A DNA stretch of 64,000 nucleotides from Octopus vulgaris (lineage: Eukaryota), in NCBI GenBank assembly GCA_951406725.2, contig OX597814.1, positions 136,648,001-136,712,000 on the forward strand, read 5' to 3'. Made by a program: the position numbers and the translations under genes. The notes beneath the pieces are model-generated. The model was not told where the DNA came from and did not search any database. It worked only from the letters and a program-made list of their open reading frames with translations. Below, piece after piece: positions 57,811 to 64,000 of this stretch (within the stretch, counting starts at the first letter, position 1; each line of letters opens with the position of its first letter).

Positions 57811-58322
57811 CTAGCAGTATCGCCCGGCGTTGCTCGGGTTTGTAAGGGAAATAACTATATAAGCATTTTTAGAGAGTTACTTCCCTTATAGATGCCAATT
57901 CGGGCTTTCTTAGCCATTTCTGTTTTGGTGTCTTCAAGCCATGAAGTCGTTGTTCTAAAAGAACGCTGGTCTCCTTGACAACGCTTTACGACGTTGATTT
58001 CCTTACACTCCCTTCCCCACAGCTTCACGAGGGAGGGAAGAAGGGGAGAAGCAAACAGGTGCAGGTGTGACCATGGACGCCAACTCCGCCGCCATCGACA
58101 CACGAAAAATTATGCATTAAAATGGAATAAAAAATTATGTTAAATTATTTTTAAAATCGTAGACTCATCGTAGACGCGCGCTAATAGCCAGACGGGCTCG
58201 ATATGAATCACGACTATAAGATACCCGAATTTGGTTAAACTGCACCGCAAAATGTGGGAGTAGTTAGGAATCTAAATCGAAGGGGACAGACACTCACACA
58301 ACTACAGTTTTATATATATAGA
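57811..58322 (-). mobile_element. Complete non-autonomous Helitron (512 bp)
   Basis: Minus strand begins A|TCTATATATATAAAACTGTAG and ends with hairpin CCCGAGCAACGCCGGG then CGATACTG-CTAG|T, giving TC...CTAG termini in an AT target. Confidence 0.8.
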
Positions 58323-58325
58323 TAT

Positions 58326-58628
58326 TCTGAGACCCTCTTCGGTCACGACACAGACCATGGGATTGCACCTAGAAAGTTACCCTCCCAAGTACAAGTCCGG
58401 GCAAGGTTGTTTATGGAAGACCAGCAGTCGCCCATGCATACTGGCCTCCCCTCTCCACGCCACCAGTGTTATCCAAGGGGAAAGGCAAAGGCCGATACAG
58501 CTTGGCACCTGTGACGTCGTAACTCATTTCTACAGATGAGTCAACTGGAGCAACGTGAAATAAAGTGTCTTGCTCAAGAACACAACACGCATCCCGGTCC
58601 GGGATTCGAGCTCACAACCTCACGATCG
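58326..58628 (-). mobile_element. SINE family D
   Basis: Minus strand GAGCTCGAATCCC (B-box-like) then GTGTTCTTGAGCAAGACACTTTATTTCACGTTGCTCCAG. Related pieces at 26190-26320 and 43455-43620. Confidence 0.7.
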
Positions 58629-58630
58629 TT

Positions 58631-58671
<41 letters not shown>

Positions 58672-58694
58672 GTATGTATGTATATGTATATAAT

Positions 58695-58760
<66 letters not shown>

Positions 58761-58783
58761 ATATATATACATATATATAAATA

Positions 58784-58843
<60 letters not shown>

Positions 58844-59284
58844 TATATAAATACTTATATATATATATATATATATATATAAAACTAAATAAACTCTTTC
58901 ATATGTGTAGGTAGGTACGGATGTTAGAGTATTTGTTTGTGTATTAGTTGATGAGTCTCTGTATGCGTATAGGCATACGTATGTGTATGTGGATGTATGT
59001 ACGTGGACATGTTGTTGCACACATATGCATGTGTGTAGACGTAAGTGTTTATGTATATTCGCACAGTAATTAATAACAAAGTATATCTACAATCCTCCAC
59101 TTCCACAGTCTTCTTCCTCAATCTATGCACTATTTAAGTCGTATTATGTATAAAAGGTAATAAAATGTTATCATTTCACACCATCTTCCGTCTGCGACAT
59201 TTCTTCTATTAATTTACTCGTCTGGAAATTTGAATTGTATTCACTGTTTAATCTGTCTGTCTAGCTCTCTCTTTCTCTTTCTCA

Positions 59285-59438
<154 letters not shown>

Positions 59439-59738
59439 TATTTTTCAAATCTCCTTACTCTCCCTCTCTCTTACTCTCTCCGTCTCTATTGTCTCCAATT
59501 ATTACATTCATCACTAGTCTCTCTTTCTTTCTTTCTCCATCTGTTTACGTTTTTCAATGGGTTTTTTTCCTAGCGGCTTCTTCTGCTATAAACAAACATG
59601 AATTTATCCATATATTTAAAACTATAACATAGATGGACACGTTAAGCTAAATAGACATGTAAAATAAGTATTGAAAGAAAATGTATTTGAATCCCTCCAA
59701 ATACGTATATAAGAATGTATGCATCTATGTGTGTGTAC

Positions 59739-59793
<55 letters not shown>

Positions 59794-59945
59794 TGTGTGT
59801 GTGTGTCAGTGTGTGTGTACTTTTAGAGATGCGCATAATATGAATTTTATAGACGGATGTGTGAATACATGCATACATACATACTTGCATACATGCACAC
59901 ACACGCACACACACACACACACACATATATATATGTGTGTGTGTG

Positions 59946-59983
<38 letters not shown>

Positions 59984-60039
59984 CCATTTATACGTAGAAC
60001 ATCGAGAATAAATTTGAATTATCGTAAGACCAACTTCGT

Positions 60040-60440
60040 AATTAATTAGTTAGATTAGTAGTTAGATTATATGCCCTTCAAAATAAGACTGGTTAGTTGA
60101 TTATCGATAGATATATACCTAAACTTATACAAATACTAAAATTAGATTTATCGTTTAACTTTTATGAAGAAATTGATTGGTTTAAAGAAATTAAAAATAA
60201 GGAACTTAGTAAATTTATCCATATTAGCATATCTACTTATTCTTTCTTTAACGAATTGTTACTATATAAGACACTCATCTTTGCGAGTTATCTAGAAATG
60301 AGGTAGATATTATTTTAGCAGCTAGGAAGACTAATTGAATTTAAGGGCAAATATTCGATCAGCAAAGACAGATCACGCAATTTTTATATCAGAATGGAGT
60401 CCTGCGACTCTGCACAACTGATTTAGAAGATGTGTATCTC
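60040..60440 (+). mobile_element. Degenerate Penelope-like RT fragment
   Basis: EEIDWFKEIKNK...KFI, ILAARK and F.IRMESCDSA (like 'MGSYDGA') seen across frameshifts. Confidence 0.55.
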
Positions 60441-60904
60441 CATATATATATAGAGACATATGTGTTTGTGTGAGTGTGTGTATGTATGTATGTATGTATG
60501 TATGTATGTATGTATGTATGTGTAGCTGGAACAAGGAAGACGTGTTCTTGTTTCTCTCCTGTCCAAGCTTGATTTATCCGTTCGCCACCACAACCTTGTC
60601 TAGACCTAGCAGCCTTTCTTATTTGTTTTCACTGTCCTGTTTGTGCTACCAATTTTCACCCTCCGCAAAATCCCAAATTTTAATTAATTTGCTTTGCAGG
60701 AGCAACTGTTTTATCGAAAGCGTATGTTGTTGTCAAATGCTCGAAATACTAGAATAGAAAAACAGCTAACAATTGATGAAGTGTCGTTCTTTATGTTATT
60801 TGTCTTGTTTTCCATTTGTGTCTTTCGTTGTTCGAAAAATATTTCATATTCCATGTGCTCGTTCTTCGAATTTTTTTGTTGTGCACGTTTGATGATAACC
60901 TGAG

Positions 60905-61001
<97 letters not shown>

Positions 61002-61233
61002 GTATAGATGTAAGTATTTACATATACGTATGCATATATGCATATATATATATATTATTTAGATTATATATATATGTATATATATATGCATATATATATA
61101 TATATACATACATACAAACATACATACATACATATGTACATATATGATAAAAATGACAACAAAAGAATGAGAATTCGATATTAGGTAAATAGAGGAATTT
61201 ATATATGTATAGTTTAGAACAATTAGTAAGTTG

Positions 61234-61302
61234 TCATAATAGGACTCAGAGTTTCAAATGCCGAAGCTAAGTGCTACAGTGCATTCTCGTCGCCTATTAT
61301 GA
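61234..61302 (-). ncRNA. Type I hammerhead-like motif with enlarged stem II loop
   Basis: Minus strand TCATAATAG | GCGACGA | GAATGC-19 nt-GCATTT | GAAA | CTC-T-GAG | TC | CTATTATGA, with a 9-bp stem I. Core positions 3 and 4 deviate from consensus. Confidence 0.55.
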
Positions 61303-61304
61303 GA

Positions 61305-61740
61305 ATAGACGGTATAAAAACGGAGGGAAATTTTAAAGCAAGGTTCAATAATCCCACCTTAAGCTTCAGATACTGGAATATAAGAAAAACGACCAAATTA
61401 TCCAGTCATATATGGTTGTTAGAAGAACAAATTGTCAGCTATAGGATTTACTGGAAGATCTTCGCCAAGTGTAAAACTTATACCAACGGTAATGGTAAGT
61501 TCGGTCTTTGTGATATGGAAAGATGGCTCATCTGGAAAAGTTCCTTGGACCCCACTACATGTCTAAATTCAAGAACTGAACTTTTTGGATCATGTCCACG
61601 TATGTCAAAATACATGTTACGGTTTTGGGCACCCCCAGATCACCGATAGATTCTGCATTTTGCTATGTTCCTATACAAGCTTTCCATCTGTTTTAACATT
61701 TTTATTGGTTTATATATTTTTCATTTTTTCCTTTCTAATT
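61305..61740 (+). mobile_element. Penelope-like element GIY-YIG endonuclease 3' fragment
   Basis: TEGNFKARFNN...TKLSSHIW...WKIFAKCKTY...LC..E...LNSRTELFGSC matches the PLE GIY-YIG C-terminus. Confidence 0.85.
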
Positions 61741-61953
61741 GTATGATTGTGCACGTGTGTGAGTATATGTATAAGCATGCATATATTAAATGTGTATGTG
61801 TGAGCAAGTGTATATATGTGTACGCGTGTATGTGTGTATATGAGTGTAGGACTGTGTCCGGTGCATAAGTGTGACTTTCATTCATGAACACGTCCTTTTC
61901 TTTTATACATATATGTATATGCATATGCTTGTATATCTGCGGTTGTAGGTGTG

Positions 61954-62051
<98 letters not shown>

Positions 62052-62274
62052 ACATATGTACATGTATGTATATTCATGTATACGGTGAGTATGAATGTGA
62101 GCAACCTCGAGTATTACCAGTTGAAGCTACAAAGATAATCTGGAACTCGACTGAGGAAAGAAAACTCCGAATGACCCGTCCTTGTTTTCTTTACATCGTC
62201 TATCTGAATGTTTTGCTGTCCCCTTTTTTGTATCATCTAACTGTCTGGATGTTTTGCGTTTTTGTCCCATTTTG

Positions 62275-62363
<89 letters not shown>

Positions 62364-62722
62364 CAAACATACATACATATATATATGCGTATATTTACAT
62401 GTATAAATGTCTAAATATATATGTATGCATGCATACACCTATGTGTATATGCGGATGAAGTTGCGTGCATATATATATATATATATATACTCACATACAC
62501 ACACATATATATATACATGTGTGCATGTGTGTAGATATGTGTATGAGTACGTAAATGCACATATATGTTTGTGTGTCTATAGGAATGTACATATACATGT
62601 GTGTGTGAGTGTGTACATATGTAGACGTTATGAACGCAGGAGGTGTTATGTCTATGTATTGTGAACATATGGACGAGTGTATTTTTTATCTTTTATATTT
62701 TTCCTACTTATTATAGTAACTG

Positions 62723-62826
<104 letters not shown>

Positions 62827-63039
62827 ATGCTTATCATATATATATATATAGATTTTTCCTCTTAAAGATAAAGGAAAAATCTATCAGAAGAATTATCTCT
62901 CTTTAAAAATTTCTTTGATAAGCATAACAAATGCGCAAAAAAGAACTTCCACCTAATTAATTACTTAAATTACTAAATTATTTTGTCAGCATTTTTTCAT
63001 TTCCTTTTTATATACAACTCGTGTTCCACATCTCCTTTT

Positions 63040-63099
<60 letters not shown>

Positions 63100-63103
<4 letters not shown>

Positions 63104-63794
63104 ACTGTTTAAGCAGGGAATTTTCTGAGCTGGGTGAGGAGATTATTTGGGATGATGCTTCATTTCCTTTTTTATAGGTATAGTAAAGTTAGCTTAGAGA
63201 GATATAGGAAAAATTGTTTTAAAATTTAAGAGCTTAGGACAACCTATTTTCCTGGAGAATGAGTATAGTAAATTTAATTTTCTGGATGTTACTTGCGATT
63301 TTGTTTCGGGGCTGTATCATCCGCACCCCAAACTGAATGCGAACTACAGATACATAAGTCGAAAACCCAATCACCAAAAAGCAATTATAAATTCTATAAT
63401 TTGGAGCATCTTCCTTAGAATCTGTATACTTTCATCTAATGAAAATATATTTTAGCAAAACGAAAAATACTACAATCTGGCTTTGGCTGCAACTGGTTAT
63501 ATGGAGGAAATTCATTATATTCCTAATAGTGAGATTAAAGAAATACATATAGTTGCAGACGTAATGGAACGGATGAATAATGATAGCGATCACCATAACA
63601 ATAAAAATAGAAATACTAAGGCATACTTTAATTGGAAGAATAGTGAGAAAAGCTTTATGGGCGGTGTAGATAAACCGAGTGACATAGAAAGAACATTAAC
63701 AAACAGAAACAGTGAAATAAAGAGCAAGATTAGCTATGTAAACCTAGGAGTCAAACTTACTATCAAAAAGACAACCGAGCAAATTACAGATTAA
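63100..63794 (+). mobile_element. Penelope-like RT thumb/linker fragment
   Basis: FNFLDVTCDFVSGLYHPHPKLN...PNHQKAII...RICILSSNENIF*...YNLALAATGY. Confidence 0.75.
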
Positions 63795-63832
63795 TATGAG
63801 GATAATAATAATGATAGTGATATTAATATTAA

Positions 63833-63861
63833 CTAGCTGGTTCCGTGAAAAATTCACGGAA
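63833..63861 (-). mobile_element. Helitron 3' terminus
   Basis: Minus-strand hairpin TTCCGTGAA...TTCACGGAA followed by CCAG-CTAG|T. Confidence 0.5.
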
Positions 63862-64000
63862 AACAAAAAAAATGTAAGCATCTGTAAACAGTGTACTGGT
63901 GCCATGAGAAATGTTTGCGTATTATGACCGTCTGTCTTTACGTTCTGAATTCAAATTTCTGCCGAGGTCGACTTTGCCTTTCGTCATTTCGGAGTCGATA

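Overview
AT-rich, microsatellite-saturated animal DNA that looks intergenic or intronic. The SINE families and simple-repeat density suggest an octopus/coleoid genome (inference, not verified). No host protein-coding exon could be supported, and most listed ORFs are simple-repeat artefacts. The window is a patchwork of mobile-element remnants: a Gypsy pol fragment, several co-oriented R4/Dong LINE pieces (most beside (TAA)n), a young 5'-truncated CR1-group LINE with one nonsense codon, Tx1/L1 and RTE fragments, Penelope-like (PLE) RT and GIY-YIG pieces, two Tc1 and one mariner element, non-autonomous Helitrons, several tRNA-derived SINE families and a 46-bp minisatellite. The most notable signal is non-coding: a 363-bp tandem repeat plus an inverted copy at 28554-29508. 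Each unit carries a type I hammerhead ribozyme with a compensatory U3-A8 core and is highly base-paired, which fits a retrozyme/circular-RNA-like element. More intact or decayed hammerheads lie at 53.0, 53.2 and 61.2 kb and elsewhere. All structures were read by eye and none was computed.
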